Of a DNA stretch of 64,000 bases, positions 26,305 through 38,817 are shown one piece after another. The position numbers and the translations under genes were made by a program. Numbering within the stretch: the stretch's first letter is position 1; each line of letters opens with the position of its first letter. Under the pieces are notes generated by a model, which saw only the letters and a list, made by a program, of their open reading frames with translations, was not told where the DNA came from and did not search any database. Source of the stretch: Podarcis bocagei. Taxonomy: Eukaryota. The DNA lies in assembly GCA_964188305.1 (NCBI GenBank), contig OZ076886.1. One strand, written 5' to 3'.

Positions 26305-28654
26305 CATTAAAGGGCTGTGCTGTCCACCCCTCACCCAAGCCAATGCACTTAAGAGTTCTGCATACCAATAAGCTTTAGCAAGCTGAGTTCACTGCTGCTG
26401 TTTTAAAGAGAGAAGAGCAAATAGAAGCAGGAGCTGGTGTGGAGGAGGAAATACTCTAAAATATATTTCTAGCCAGCTCCCCATCTGAGAGTCAAAGATG
26501 CACATACATACAAATAAACAAGCAAAACACACCAAAACATGCTCATTATTTTTGCTGTTCCAATCACTCCAATGAGAGACAGGATGCAACTCTTTTGGCG
26601 CTTCATTTCCTGCCAGCTTTTGCACAGGGTTATCGCTTTTACAGTGGGATATGACCTGGATTTAAGGCCAGGTTGACAATGATTCCCCACAATAATCCTT
26701 ATTTTTAAAGGGGCAGTGCTGTCTACTGCAAAGGACATGGAGAAGAAATGGATGCACAGCGGTAAACAGTTCGCTCACTTGTGAATGCATGTGTATTTTA
26801 CTCCTCACGGAGTTGCAATTCCCAACAATGCTTCACAAACTACATTGCCCAGAATTCTCTGAGAGGAAGAGTGTGCTTCAAATGTACTTTAAAGGTGTAG
26901 GGTGTACACAGCTATAGTGAGCCACATTTGCCATTTTATTGCCTATTCACCGATTTTGGAGAGATCTTTCTGAAGCTCTCTGCAATCTTATTTTGTTTTT
27001 ACCGCCCAGAATAATCTGGCACTGGCAGCAGATTTTGTTCCCTCAAGGCTCACTTGTGATTGTAGTAATTTATGAGCAAGTAAAATTTAATCCTGATAAT
27101 TTAACTCATTAGTTTAATGTTTTTCCAATGCTCTCCCAGAAGAGGGTTTTCTTAGTGTCCAGGTCACTGAATCTTTGTGGTTGATACTCATCGAGGTAAC
27201 GCAGGTCGCCAGGGTGGTCACCAATATTGCTGGGTGCTTACACTAACACTATTGCTGAACAGATGTCACTGTTTCCCTGTGATAATTCCTAATAGCGCCA
27301 GCTAAATGCAGCAAAACAGTGTTTAATATGAATTATTTAGTCGTATACAGATTCAGGTGTGCTATTTGTGAATGGTTCAAATCTTCATTTGTAGTGTAAA
27401 ATGTGCTTCCAATTCTGTGCAGCAATGGGGTCATCTAGTGGATGTTTTGGGTAAGCGATTGTCATTACATTTCCATTTTTCTGCCTCTCTTTTACAGCTG
27501 CATTTTTCTGGCTGTCTTCCAAGGTGGAAATCCTGCTGTCTTGAATTTCCTTTCAAGAAGAGCTGCTGCTAATATTCAGCCCTGGTGGGTGGCAAGAAAG
27601 TTTGCATCATAGGCTCCAACAACTGCCGCATGGGCAGGGCTTGGGGCTGCTGCTAACTGGCTGCAGTTCAGTTTGGACATAACTATAAATTAAAAGCAAT
27701 GCATAGTTATTTTCAGTTTACTTATGCAGACCATAACCCACCTACACAAGTTTCACGATCCCCCTGTGGTTCTGGACGTGCAGGCTGGGAAACACCAAGA
27801 GAGAAGATTAAATGTATTTGGTGGCTTTTATTATGTTCGTTTGTATATTCGTAATGTATATGTATAAATGTATTAATGTTGAATTATTTTAATAAAAAAA
27901 TTATATTAAAATTATTTTTTAACCATTTTACAGGGTTTTTTAGGAGGTGGCCCATAACTTGTATATAAACTAAAAGTTAAGTGGTAACCTTTTCATAAGT
28001 GCAGACTGTGACCGACTAGGATTCAGGCTCCACACATGAGTCATGGGCATGTTATGTTTGGATAAGCACAGGTGAGGCAATTCATTGACTTTTGCAGTGG
28101 GACCAGATACACTAATAAAGGAAACTAATCCTGAGGTTTTGGCTGTAAGTCCTGCCTGTGGCAATACAAAAGGAGGTTGTCACTCTTGTTAACTGGAAAT
28201 GTAGAAGGCAAACAAACTTTCACATACCTACTGCCTACCGCTATGGCTTTTACATACCTATTGCCTACTGCAAGTAGCATAGCCTGTCAAAATGGATGGT
28301 CAGTCAATGGCCCTGCAAAACTGCTGCAGATCTGTGGCAAAATCTTGAGAGTCTCTGTCCTATTTGCACAAGTGGAAGCTGTGGAGAGAAACTGGGATGG
28401 TATGCAACAATATTATATATCATTGATTAACAATATCTATAACAATATATATCAATCATTGATTAACAGAGGCAAAGAAAAGAAAAGGGTATAGAACTTG
28501 TGTTCTTGAAAGAGCATGGCAAGCAGTAGAGAAAGGATGGGCATCCCTAACATGTATTCCAACAGCCCTTGGACATTACTTCTGCCAGTGTGTCCCAACT
28601 GCATTTTCCTGCCCAAACCTGCAGAGAGATTGGACTGCTATGCCTTGGCCCACT

Positions 28655-28982
28655 TCACCTGAAAAGTGTCTCCACCCACATCCTTCAGCCTGGACACTGA
28701 GGTCCAGCACCAAGGGCCTTCTGGCAGTTCCCTCACTGCAAGAAGTGAGGTTACAGGAACCAGGCAGAGGGCCTTCTCAGTTGTGGCACCTGACCTGTGG
28801 AACGCCCTCCCATCAGATGTCAGGGAAATAAACAACTATCTGACTTTTAGAAGACATCTGAAGGCAGCCCTGTTTAGGGAACTTTTAATGTCTGATGTTT
28901 TATTGCTTTTTAATTATTATTATCATTAATTCTGTTGGGAGCCGCCCAGAGTGACTGGGGAAACCTAGCCAGATGGGTATAA

Positions 28983-29027
<45 letters not shown>

Positions 29028-29035
29028 AATAATAA
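28655..29035 (+). mobile_element. L2-type LINE 3' end
   Basis: Same family as 21306; (TTA)n tail. Confidence 0.85.
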
Positions 29036-29191
29036 TACCCTGCCCTCCCCAGCGAAGGCCAGGCTCAGGGTGGCTAACAATAATAAAAACAAGTTGAATG
29101 AATGCAACTTAAAAACAAGTTTAAAATGCAACATTAAAATATTGAAACATTAAAATGCAGCCTCATCACAGGAAGAGAAAGGAAAAAGAAA

Positions 29192-29251
<60 letters not shown>

Positions 29252-29928
29252 ATATTTCCCTCTAGTCAGGTTTCCTGAGACAGGAGAAAAAACACAAAAA
29301 ACAGAAAACAAAGGTGACAGGAAGTTGTTTTTCCTTCAATGTGCTTCACAGCTCTTTCTGCACAACTGTTCGCATCAGTGTGGCTTCAATTTGTTTCTGT
29401 TCACATACACACCAGGCAGCCTTGACAGGGCATCAATGTCTTTGCGCTATTCAAAAGTGTTCACATCTTGGCTAGAGAGGACTTAGGATTGCTTCAGGAC
29501 TGCAGTCAGAGTGAAGCTGGTTTGAGAAACAACAATTCCAATAGTAGTATTTCACAACAAACTACAGGATACACCTGCATTTTGGCTGTTTGAACAAGGA
29601 TTAAAAACCGAGAAGTGGAAATGCAGTGAGTGCATGGTAAACGAGAGTGTGAACACAGGCTAAGGTGGGAGAAGGTTTATAGCTGGATTAAAAAAAGTAC
29701 ACCCACATGCAAGTAACCCATCATGCTAGCAGAATCTTGTGCAAGGATTATGGCTGGCATAACAGGGCTTTCCCAACTCTCCTCCTCCTCCATTACCCCT
29801 TGCTTCCTTCAAATCCACTTTGAGGAGTCAGGAGAAGGCTCCATAACATCACTGGCAAGCAGAAACGTGAAGATGGAAGGATCAAAAGGGTGTCTTTAAT
29901 AGAAATTGACAACTGACAATCTAGAAAG

Positions 29929-30672
29929 TGTAGCAAAGCCACTTCCAGCCTGCCCAGGAGGTGGGGTTGCGGGCTTCACACCCACCCCCCACGTGAGCGG
30001 GGGCTGGTCAGCCCCCGCGAGAGCAGGGGAATCCCGGCCGTGTCTGCCCTATTTAGGGCCGGCGCAGAGGGGGCTCACCCTCTTTTTGCCAGCTAGCCCC
30101 CACGTTTTCCCGCCCTCCCTCCCTTTAGGTAGGCTTTAGGTAGGTCTCTGACTTTGCTATGGACTTCGGTCTGTCGCCGCATGGGGCATGGTAGGAATTT
30201 TTCCCAATTGGCAATTTACAGCCATTTGGTTTTTCGCATACCTCGTAGCAACTCGTCACAACTCTTCGGCATTGGCAGTTAGGCATTGGTAAGAAGGGGT
30301 TAAGAGGATGTGGGGGGGAGGAACGCCATCACCTCCCCCCAGTGAGCGAAGGGTGGTCCGTTAAAGGACTCCGGGGGCGTGGCCCTGTCCGAAGCCTATG
30401 GAGGTGTGGGCCAAAGGCACGCCCCCGAGCGGTGACCTGGGGGAGCTCCTAGTCGACATGCCTAGGCGGGAGACTCCCCCTCTATGGTGTTAACCCTTCC
30501 CCGTGTCTCCAGCAAATGGGCTGGAGCCGGATAGTCGTTAGGACCAATGCCTAAGCTAATGCCTCTCATTCCTGAAGTCAATAAAGTTGTGGCCTAATTC
30601 GCCCATTTAACCTTAAATTATGGTGTCTCGTGTCTTTATTTATCTTTGGGGGGGGCAGGAACTCGCCACGCA
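29929..30672 (+). mobile_element. LTR-like or DIRS/Ngaro-like repeat
   Basis: GC-rich block, TG...CA ends, AATAAAGTTGTGGCC near the 3' end; no clear TSD. Confidence 0.45.
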
Positions 30673-31089
30673 ATGCAAGGTTGCGTGAAACTGGAGTGGA
30701 GGAACGTTCAGCAGGTGCTACTAAAAATGTTTGTAGCGATATTCTCAATGTGAAGCCCTGCTTCAGGATTAACTATGGCTGTGTACACGTAACCATTTAC
30801 TCTGGCTCCAGTGGGCTCCCACCAATGGTGTTTGAAGCCATTTGCACATGATGCTAGCCCCAATCCATGTGTAACCTGTAGAAATACTCGTCTGATGTGC
30901 TTTCTTCTCAAACCAGCTGCCATCCCATTTGAAAACAGCAGTTAAGCAGATATGCTAATGTGACTTGAAAATGACCTCGCTGCACATTAAGCTGCTAATG
31001 TGTATTTTCACCTTTACTTTCTGAATTTAAAACCCTTAAACTAACAGATTGCCCTTTTGCATTATAAACAAGGCAATAAGGAAACTAGA

Positions 31090-31610
31090 GCTCAGGTTCT
31101 GTTTATTATGAACAATACTTGAACTTTACCACTCTCATGCTGTGGCAGCCAATAGCTTAGGGCCCCACTCTCTCTAAAAAAAAATTAAAGGAAAAAACCT
31201 GGATGTACATTTCCAAAATATAAGATAAAAAACAAATACTGTAAAATAAAACCTACATAGAACAGTGTTTCTTGTTGTGTAGGTCCCTATGATGTAAGTA
31301 ATGAGCCCCGCCTGCTAGCCTGCTCCCTAAAATATAACTTGTTTGCTCATTTCTATATACAGTGGTACCTTGGTTCTCAAACTTAACCCATTCCGGATTT
31401 CAGTTCAACAATTACTGTACTTTGAAAAAATACATATTTTGTTATGCGCAAATGGCTTTAGATACCTATTAGGTCCATAAATCACCATATAGCATATATT
31501 CAACACAAAAAACAGCAACAATTTGTTGTTGACAAAGGCCAGTTGGACATATAAAGGGCCCCATTACCTTCAGTAGCTTAGGGCCTCATCAGACCTAAAT
31601 CCGGCCCTGG
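31090..31610. repeat. Dispersed repeat; inverted copy at ~35260-35640
   Basis: Shared GGGCCCCATTACCTTCAGTAGCTTAGGG...ACCTAAATCCGGCCC block in opposite orientations. Confidence 0.7.
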
Positions 31611-32423
31611 GCACAGAAGTTCTTGATCACTGCTCAGCTTCTACACTTTTTAAATAAACTGGGGGACTGCACACCATGAAACTCCATTGCAAAGCGAACA
31701 GAAAGTTATATTAATCCACACATACTGGGGGCTCATCCAGACTTCTTTTGTGCTGCGTTTCAAGGCACAGGGCTGCTCTTTAAAGCTTCATATCCAATGG
31801 CTTTTTATTTATTTTTTACTTTTTTGCCCTGGTGGATGCTTTGCCCACAAAAATCCACTTTATACCACTGACTTGGAGCAAACAGCAATATGTGGAAAAC
31901 CTGAATTACCATTTGTTCTAATTCAGTGTTAAAGAGGTTTTTCTGGTGTAAATGGCAAGGCGCCCCCCCCCCCCAAACAAAGGAAGTACTTGGATAAGCG
32001 CTGAATGTTATGTATGCCAGGGGGTTCTTTGTTTCAATGTAATACTTTTTGAACCTCCTGAGTTCCTTTTGTTTAGCTTGCTGCAAAGCTCCAAAGTTAG
32101 TTTATTTTTCCACTTTCTTATGTAGCAATAAAGGACAGTTGTGTTTGAGAGGCCTGCTTCCCCCTAATGTTTCTTTCCCAACACAACACTGCAGGGGAGC
32201 TTAAGATTGTAAAAGATATGTAAAAGAGCCTTAGCATTTAAAAAACAAACAAACTGAGAAATAGTTTAGGAGAGTCTGTAATCCTGAGGGAGTGTTAACA
32301 GCAGCAGCAGGTCGGGGCAGTTTAACCCCCCCCCCTTACTATGCGTTCCACTAAAAATCCTAATCAGATAAAAGACAAGCCTGTCAGGCCATTGCGTGGT
32401 GAGTTCCCCGCCCCCCACCAGGA

Positions 32424-32648
32424 TAACCAGGCAGAGGGCCTTCTCGGTAGTGGCACCCGCCCTATGGAATGCCCTCCCACCAGATGTCAAAGAGAACAAC
32501 AACTACCAGACTTTTAGAAGATATCTGAAGGCAGCCCTGTTTAGGGAAGCTTTTAATGTTTGATGTATTACAGTATTTTAATATTTTTTTGGAAGCCGCC
32601 CAGAGTGGCTGGGGAAGCCCAGCCAGATGGGCGGGGTATAAATAAAAA

Positions 32649-32688
<40 letters not shown>
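32424..32688 (+). mobile_element. L2-type LINE 3' end abutting a ZP-like exon remnant
   Basis: Same family; (TTA)n tail. Confidence 0.85.
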
Positions 32689-32689
<1 letters not shown>

Positions 32690-34980
32690 GCATGATGTCA
32701 GAGTGTGGCCTCCACTGAAGGATTTGTCGTGTTTCATCACAATCCTGGAATTGTGTAGAGATTGAATGCAGGAGAGCACACTGGCAAGCATGCTCCAAAC
32801 AAGCTGCTGACTAGCTCTTCAGAGGCTCCTTTTATTAGCAGAAGTCGACAATTGGAAACAGTGGTGAAACCACCCTGAACATGACGTATTTCCATCTAAG
32901 CACATTTCCAGCATTAGCAAATACACGTGTTAGCAGGTGTTTCCCTAAAATATTCCCCAATACTTGATTACATCTGCGTCCCTGGTCATGCTCCTGCCAA
33001 GCGTTATGTCTAGTAAACAAATCTGCGAGAGGACAAATGGTCAGGGGGGAAACCCTGTTTTCTAGCCAAGAAGGCAAAAGGTCAGGGACAGCAGGCACAA
33101 CACTCCTTGACATACTGTTGCATGAAATAAGAGAAAATGCCATTATTTTGTCCTTTGGACTTTAATATGTACTACAAATTATTGGCCAGCCACTTCCAGA
33201 TCCATGCAGGAACATTTCTTATCAGCTGAAGAACACAGCTGACTGAAAAACAACACTTATCTAGTCGCTGGCTGGGTTTGCAGGAACAAAGTCCAAATGC
33301 CACACCTGCTTCCCAAACTCTCCCATGGACCACTTGCTGGACAGGTCTTAACAGACTACTTATTTATTTATATTTATTTATTTACTTAGGGTTTTTTCCT
33401 GCCTGTTTCAGCAATTGTAATGCACTGAGCTGCATATTTGTGGTGGGATTCACTGTCACGCTATTACAGACATTCTTCCTGCACAAGGATTGCAGCTTGC
33501 TGGATGGAACAATCTCTTTTCCCCTCCTCCCATGTGCTGTTCTTGGGGGTTCTCCTGACTCCCTCTCCCCGAACCAATTGCAGGTGGTGTGGGGGTATGT
33601 GCGGCAAAGAGAGGAGGCAAAGCCTCATTGCACAGGTGGAAGTCCTTGTTTAGGGCTTCTGCTGATGCTGTGTGTTGGGTGAATCCCACCCTACACGATT
33701 GTTAATCTCTGTGTGTGCGTGCCTGCACACTTCATTCATATTTGATTGCAATTTGAATTCTGTTGAAATAAAAGAAGCAATAAAAAGACAACTTGAAATA
33801 TAAATATTTAATGTGGTGGATGTGTCATTGCCTGTCTTTAACCGCAAACCCACAAACTTGCCACAAACCACATGAATGAAGTCTGGGATCACCTGATTCA
33901 TAGGAGCCAACTCCTAGGGGCCCCCATGATAAAATGTTTGAGGGGTCTGCCCCCCAGGTTGATGGGCATTGCCATTCAAATGGTGTGTGTGCACTGCATC
34001 ATGTGACTGATTATGCAAACTGGAGCTCACCTGGGCCCCCACAATATTTTATTCAAGCTGCACCCCTGTCCTGATTTAGCCACTTGTCATACGTAGACAG
34101 ACTATGTTTTTTAAAATAATAATAATAATAATGCACAACCAGGCCAAGATAAAGCCTTTTAAAGAACAGAAATACATTTCAAGAGAGGGGCTATGACAAC
34201 GTAACGTCTTGTGGCACCTGAAAGTGTAACAATTTTTTTATGGCATAATCTTTTGTGAAGCGGAGTCCACTTAATCAAATGCATAGAATATTATTTATTT
34301 ATCTATCTATTTATTGAAAGCATAAATAAAGTGCAATTTTTTTTTCTTTCCTCTAATCTGTGTGCAACATTAAAACAATAAACCAGGGGTCGACAACCTA
34401 AGGCCCATGGGCCAGTAGTGGCCCATGGGGCTCATCTATCCGGCCCATGGCAACCCCTGACACACCCCACTCCCCACTTTTACCAGCACAGTGTGGGGAC
34501 CGACTTTCGGGTTGATGGCACCTGTGCACATGCTCATGAGTGCTCCTCCGACCCGGAAGAGCGTGCGTGTGCACACGCTCCGGCCCATCTTTTGATGCCA
34601 ACCCCTGCAATGCACCATCACCATCATAATTCTTAAATCATAATTTTATAATTTGTACCCCGCCCAGCCTTTTAATGCTGATGAAAGGAGAAATCTGGGA
34701 AGAACAGCTTCTCCCATTATGTTGCTGGCAGCCTCTCCTACACCGAGTGCAGCCATGACTCGCTGCTCCAGGAGGGACAGGCTGGTCTCAGACTTCATTG
34801 AATGGGAATGGACCTCCTGATTATTGAGAGCAATATGGGCAATGGCACCTGGGCAGGCTACAGGTGTCAGCATCCACCATATCACTGGTGGTAGTCCCAA
34901 GAACTTCACTATCTCCACCAGCCAGGGCAGCATCTCACTGAGCTGCATTAACAACAGACATTATGTGTATTTTATGTGTA

Positions 34981-35222
34981 CAGTGGTACCTCGGGTTAAG
35001 AACTAAATTCATTCTGGAGGTGTGTTCTTAACCTGAAACTGTTCTTAACCTGAGGTACCACTTTAGCTAATGAGGCCTCCTGCTGCCGCTGTGCCACCGG
35101 AGCACAATTTCTGTTCTCATCCTGAAGGAAAGTTCTTAACCCAAGGTACTATTTCTGGGTTAGCGGAGTCTGTAGCCTGAAGCATCTGTAACCTGAAGTG
35201 TGTGTAACCCGAGGTACCAGTG
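34981..35222. mobile_element. MITE family A
   Basis: Same TIRs (one mismatch), TA TSD. Confidence 0.88.
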
Positions 35223-36230
35223 TATTTTAATGACCAGAATAGAGTGAAAGATTATGAGTGGCCAGGGCCAGATGTAGGTTTGATGAAACCTTAAGCTACT
35301 GAAGGTAATGGGGCCCTTTATATGTCTAGCTGTCCTTTGTCATCAACAAATTCTCTCTGTTTTTGTGTGTGTTGAATATATGTTATATGGTAATTTATGG
35401 ACCTATCCATGCAAGCAGTCCATGCAGAATGTAGGCACCCTATATATAGAAATGAGCAAACCAGTGATATTTTAGGGAGCAGGTTAGCAGGCGGGGCTCA
35501 TTACTTACATCATAGGAGCCTACACAACACAAAACACTGCTGCTGTATGTAGGTTTTATTTTATTTGTTTTTTATCTTATATTTTGGAAATGTACATGCA
35601 GCTGTTTAAAAGGTTTTTTTTGGGTGGGGGGCAAGAGAGTATGAATTTAGCAGTGCTTAGTTTATTTTTTTAGTTGCTGTCCTCTTAATGTTGTTAATAC
35701 TGTTTTATCGATTACAAATGTCATATTGATTTCTCGCTCATACAATATGACTTTTGCTCTCATTGTGGTTTATCTTATTTTTTTAAGCTGCTGCTTTGTT
35801 GACAGTGTTTTATAGACCACAATTGTTTTATTGATGACTTGTTAATTATTTTATATGATGTTCTGCTATGTTCTTGTTGTTTATTGTTTGTAATCTGCTT
35901 TGGAATTCATTTGAACGAAAAGCGGGATAGAAAGACAATCAAGGTAATTTGTTGGCTGCAAATTTTGGTGGGGGGGGGAAATGTCTGCTTCTCTGAAAGG
36001 GAAGCATTATCTGTCTTCCTAACATGCTGCTGTCAGAGGGAAATGTCACTGTTAAAGGGAGCCTTTTGCAGCAGGAGTTTGCAATGTATGAAAGAACCTG
36101 AAACGTCTAAGATAAGCAGTCAGGTCACACCTGGACTAGGACCAACTCAAACCTAACGAAAGCGACTCAGCTACGCTTGGCAAAGAAAAAGCGCTTTATA
36201 TGCATTGAAGACGCATTCTAACACTTGTGA

Positions 36231-36245
36231 CACCAGATGGCGCTG
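36231..36245 (+). promoter_or_regulatory. CTCF-like site
   Basis: CACCAGATGGCGCTG closely matches the CTCF core consensus. It sits between the ZP/QSOX block and the SECTM1/CD7 block. Confidence 0.55.
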
Positions 36246-36369
36246 TGGAGTTCTGTTTTTGCCAACCGGATTTCTCATTCAACGTTAACGACGGGTTTAA
36301 CCAAAACGCTTCTTTGATGTGTCTAGATCCAGCCCAGAACACGTCGTCGAGATGTGAAACAAGTGGGGT

Positions 36370-36800
36370 GGGGTGAAAGTGGGTAGCCTAAATGCTCAAT
36401 TCCCTTATTTCCGGGAGGGTGGACTCATTGAACTTAATCCCTCATACGAGAAGTGAAAGCACTTTTCCGTGTTTTCCTTTACTTTCGTTTTGCGCGCGCC
36501 CGGTTGCTTCTTGCTGCTGGCTCACAAGCGGGGATTGCATGCTTCTTGATGCTCGCGCTTTCTACTTCTCAGGTAAGGCTTTTCCCAGTGGTGTTTTTTT
36601 TGGCTTCGGTCGCCCGTTTGAGAAAGCTGCAAAGGTCTTGCGAGGCTGGAGCGAAATCGAGTTCCTCTTACAACGACAGCGCTTAGAATCCGGAGTGGGA
36701 GAATCCGATCCAGGCTGCACGGCGTCAAGATTCATAGCTGTCAACGTTTCCCTTTTTTTAAGGGAAATTCCCTTATTCCGAATAGGATTCCTCGCAAGAA
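36370..36800 (+). promoter_or_regulatory. CpG-rich promoter and putative non-coding first exon (donor AG|GTAAGG after 36572), probably of the SECTM1-like gene; IRF/ISRE and NF-kB motifs
   Basis: GGGTGAAAGT at 36371, AAGTGAAAGC at 36451, TACTTTCGTTTT at 36480, GGGAAATTCCC at 36762; strong plus-strand donor. The next coding exon (47959) starts with an acceptor, so an upstream exon is required. Confidence 0.55.
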
Positions 36801-37035
36801 AAGGGAAAAGTTGACAGCTATGCTGAGGGTGCCTACTAGAGGGTTTACTTCGGGATGAACGCTGTCCGCTTTCCTTTAAATCCAAAACAGATTCTGGATT
36901 GGGAGCCGGGGAGCTGCGGGGGACAGCAGAGTCCCTTTCGTTTGCCAGCCATTTCCCTACTCAAAATCGCCTCCAGGTGCAGTTTAAGAATGCCTGGAGT
37001 GTACTCGCTGGATGCCAGCACTGATTTCGGCTCAG

Positions 37036-37152
37036 TTGCTGTTGTTGCTTAGTCATTTAGTCGTGTCCGACTTTTCGTGACCCCATGGACCAGAGCACGC
37101 CAGGCACTCCTGTCTTCCACTGCCTCCCGCAGTTTGGTCAAACTCATGCTGG
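37036..37152 (-). mobile_element. RTE/BovB-type LINE 3' end
   Basis: TTAGTCGTGTCCGACTTTTCGTGACCCCATGGAC with a (CAA)n-like tail on the minus strand. Confidence 0.75.
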
Positions 37153-37923
37153 CTCAGTCGCATCTTGTGGCAAATCCGTTCGGCTCTGCTGTACACAACG
37201 GAGTTCCCCTTTCCCAAGAACTAATGCACAGCTTAGCTATTGATTGAGTTTCTTCCAGAGAACCATAGTTGGCAGGGAAGGGGGGCGGGATTCAGGAAGA
37301 AAGTGATTGGACGCCTTAACAACTCTCCCCCCCACCCCCGTTCCCAAAGTAATGCAAAACAGATTATCCGGAAGGGATACTTCTTGTTGTTTTGTTTTTG
37401 CAACGTGACAGTTTTGCCCCTTAGGGTGCAAATACTGCACATGGAGTGGTTGGTATTCACATCAGTTTGACTTAGAGTTGACCCATTGAAATGAATGGGC
37501 CTGACTTAATTATGCTCATTAATGTTAATAGCTGTGCCTTGAGGAAAACTGAGTTTGAAGACAACATCCTTTGAATTAATGCTCATCTCCTAAATGAAAG
37601 GGTTTCTTTTCCTGAAGCCTTTTATTTGCCCTGTAGGGCAAAGGCTAGCCAGTTATTATAAGGCGGCTGCTAAAGAGCATACTCTGCATTGCATGAGGAG
37701 ACCACTGAGTTTTGTTTACATGGGAATGGCTTATCTAACTTTGTACCTGGATCAAACTGGACTTCATAATGATACAAAGGTTGTGAGCCATCTCTGCCCA
37801 AGATCCCATGTAGTTCCAGGTGCTCATCCAGGGTCGTGTTTCCGCTGAAAACAAAATGCAGTGGAGGCTGCAGTGTCTTTAAGAAATATGGCTTAATTGC
37901 ACATTTTTACACCTGAGTTTTTA

Positions 37924-38274
37924 GGGACGCGGGTGGCACTGTGGTCTAAACCACAGAGCCTAGGGCTTAGCGATCAGAAGGTTGGCGGTTTGAATCCCTG
38001 CGACAGGGTGATCTCCTGTTGCTCAGTTCCTGCTCCTGCCAACCTAGCAGTTTGAAAGCACGTCAGAGTGCAAGTAGATAAATAGGTACCTCCCTGGCAG
38101 AAAGGTAAACGGCGTTTCCGTGCGCTGCTCTGGTTCACCAGAAGCGGCTTAGTCATACTGGCCATATGACCCGGAAGCTGTATGCTGGCTCTCTCGGCCA
38201 ATAAAGCGAGATGAGCGCCGCAACCCCAGAGTCATCCGCGACTGGACTTCATAGTCAGGGGTCCCTTTACCTCT
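37924..38274 (+). mobile_element. Sauria SINE
   Basis: GGGACGCGGGTGGCACTGTGGTCTAAACCAC...GTCCCTTTACCTCTA. Confidence 0.85.
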
Positions 38275-38817
38275 ACACCTGAGTTTAGATGAAGATGGTG
38301 CAGATCGTACAGCACTGTCATCTCAAGAGCCCTTTTCTTTATCTAAGTGTTGTTGTTGGGTTGGGAGAGTCTGGTTGTTTGTGTGCTTATTGCTGTTGAG
38401 CACTCAACTGAAGGTCTCTCTCTCTTCATCAGGGTAAAAATCTGATTGGCCTTGGATGGCCAACAGATCCATATGCTGATCTTGCAGACAAGGCGGCACT
38501 GTCCAGAAGAGCTAAAATTGAGGGACTGTAATGGAGGGAGGATGGACTTGTTACATGTAGTTAGCAAATGTTTGCTTTAACTGATTAACATTTAAATTAA
38601 TTCCCCCAGATTACAGCTCTGCATTTTCCTTGTACATATCCCCGTTTCCTTTTAAAAAAATTAATCAGCTCAAGTTGCTCAGCTTTTAAAAAATAACGGA
38701 GAGGAGGAGTAAGACAACTTCCCTCTAATGTTCTACCATAAAAAATAAGGCTTCTGCCTCTCTCAATATTCCCATGCAATCTAACAGAGTTCCCTCACTC
38801 CATTACACTGCATAGGG

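Larger units (their letters stand above)
11630..33143 (-). pseudogene. Decayed multi-exon zona pellucida gene of ZPAX/ZPY type (tandem ZP-N repeats), probable unitary pseudogene
   Basis: Exon-like remnants with acceptors, stops and frameshifts occur in the same order as recalled fish ZPAX segments: 33116-33143 MAFSLISCN|gt; ~32.7k IVMKHDKSFSGGHTL (cf. MRLSLDKALAVGNQL); ~30.8k GLASCANG..ARVNGYV; ~29.4k SFTLTAVLKQ..SQDVNTF..CPVKAAWCVCEQKQIEA (cf. TFNVGLKL..DV..TCSY..ILCDRNYMEVS); ~27.2k ILVTTLATCVTSMSINHKDSVTWTLRK (cf. VVNLAAACPTGGVLFTEDMISWHVPR); ~24.1k EVYIQLPG..IVHPLSLSFTPTRPHTQE. Further ZP-N-like pieces at 20.0-21.1k, 19.1-19.4k, 17.6-18.3k and 15.8-16.1k. The 3' limit is uncertain. Confidence 0.55.

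Noticed and set aside
11630-33143. Identification of the fossil as CIROZ/C1orf127 (also ZP-N containing)
   Set aside because: Wrong neighbourhood (CIROZ lies by CASZ1/TARDBP), and the order of N-terminal segments matches ZPAX better.
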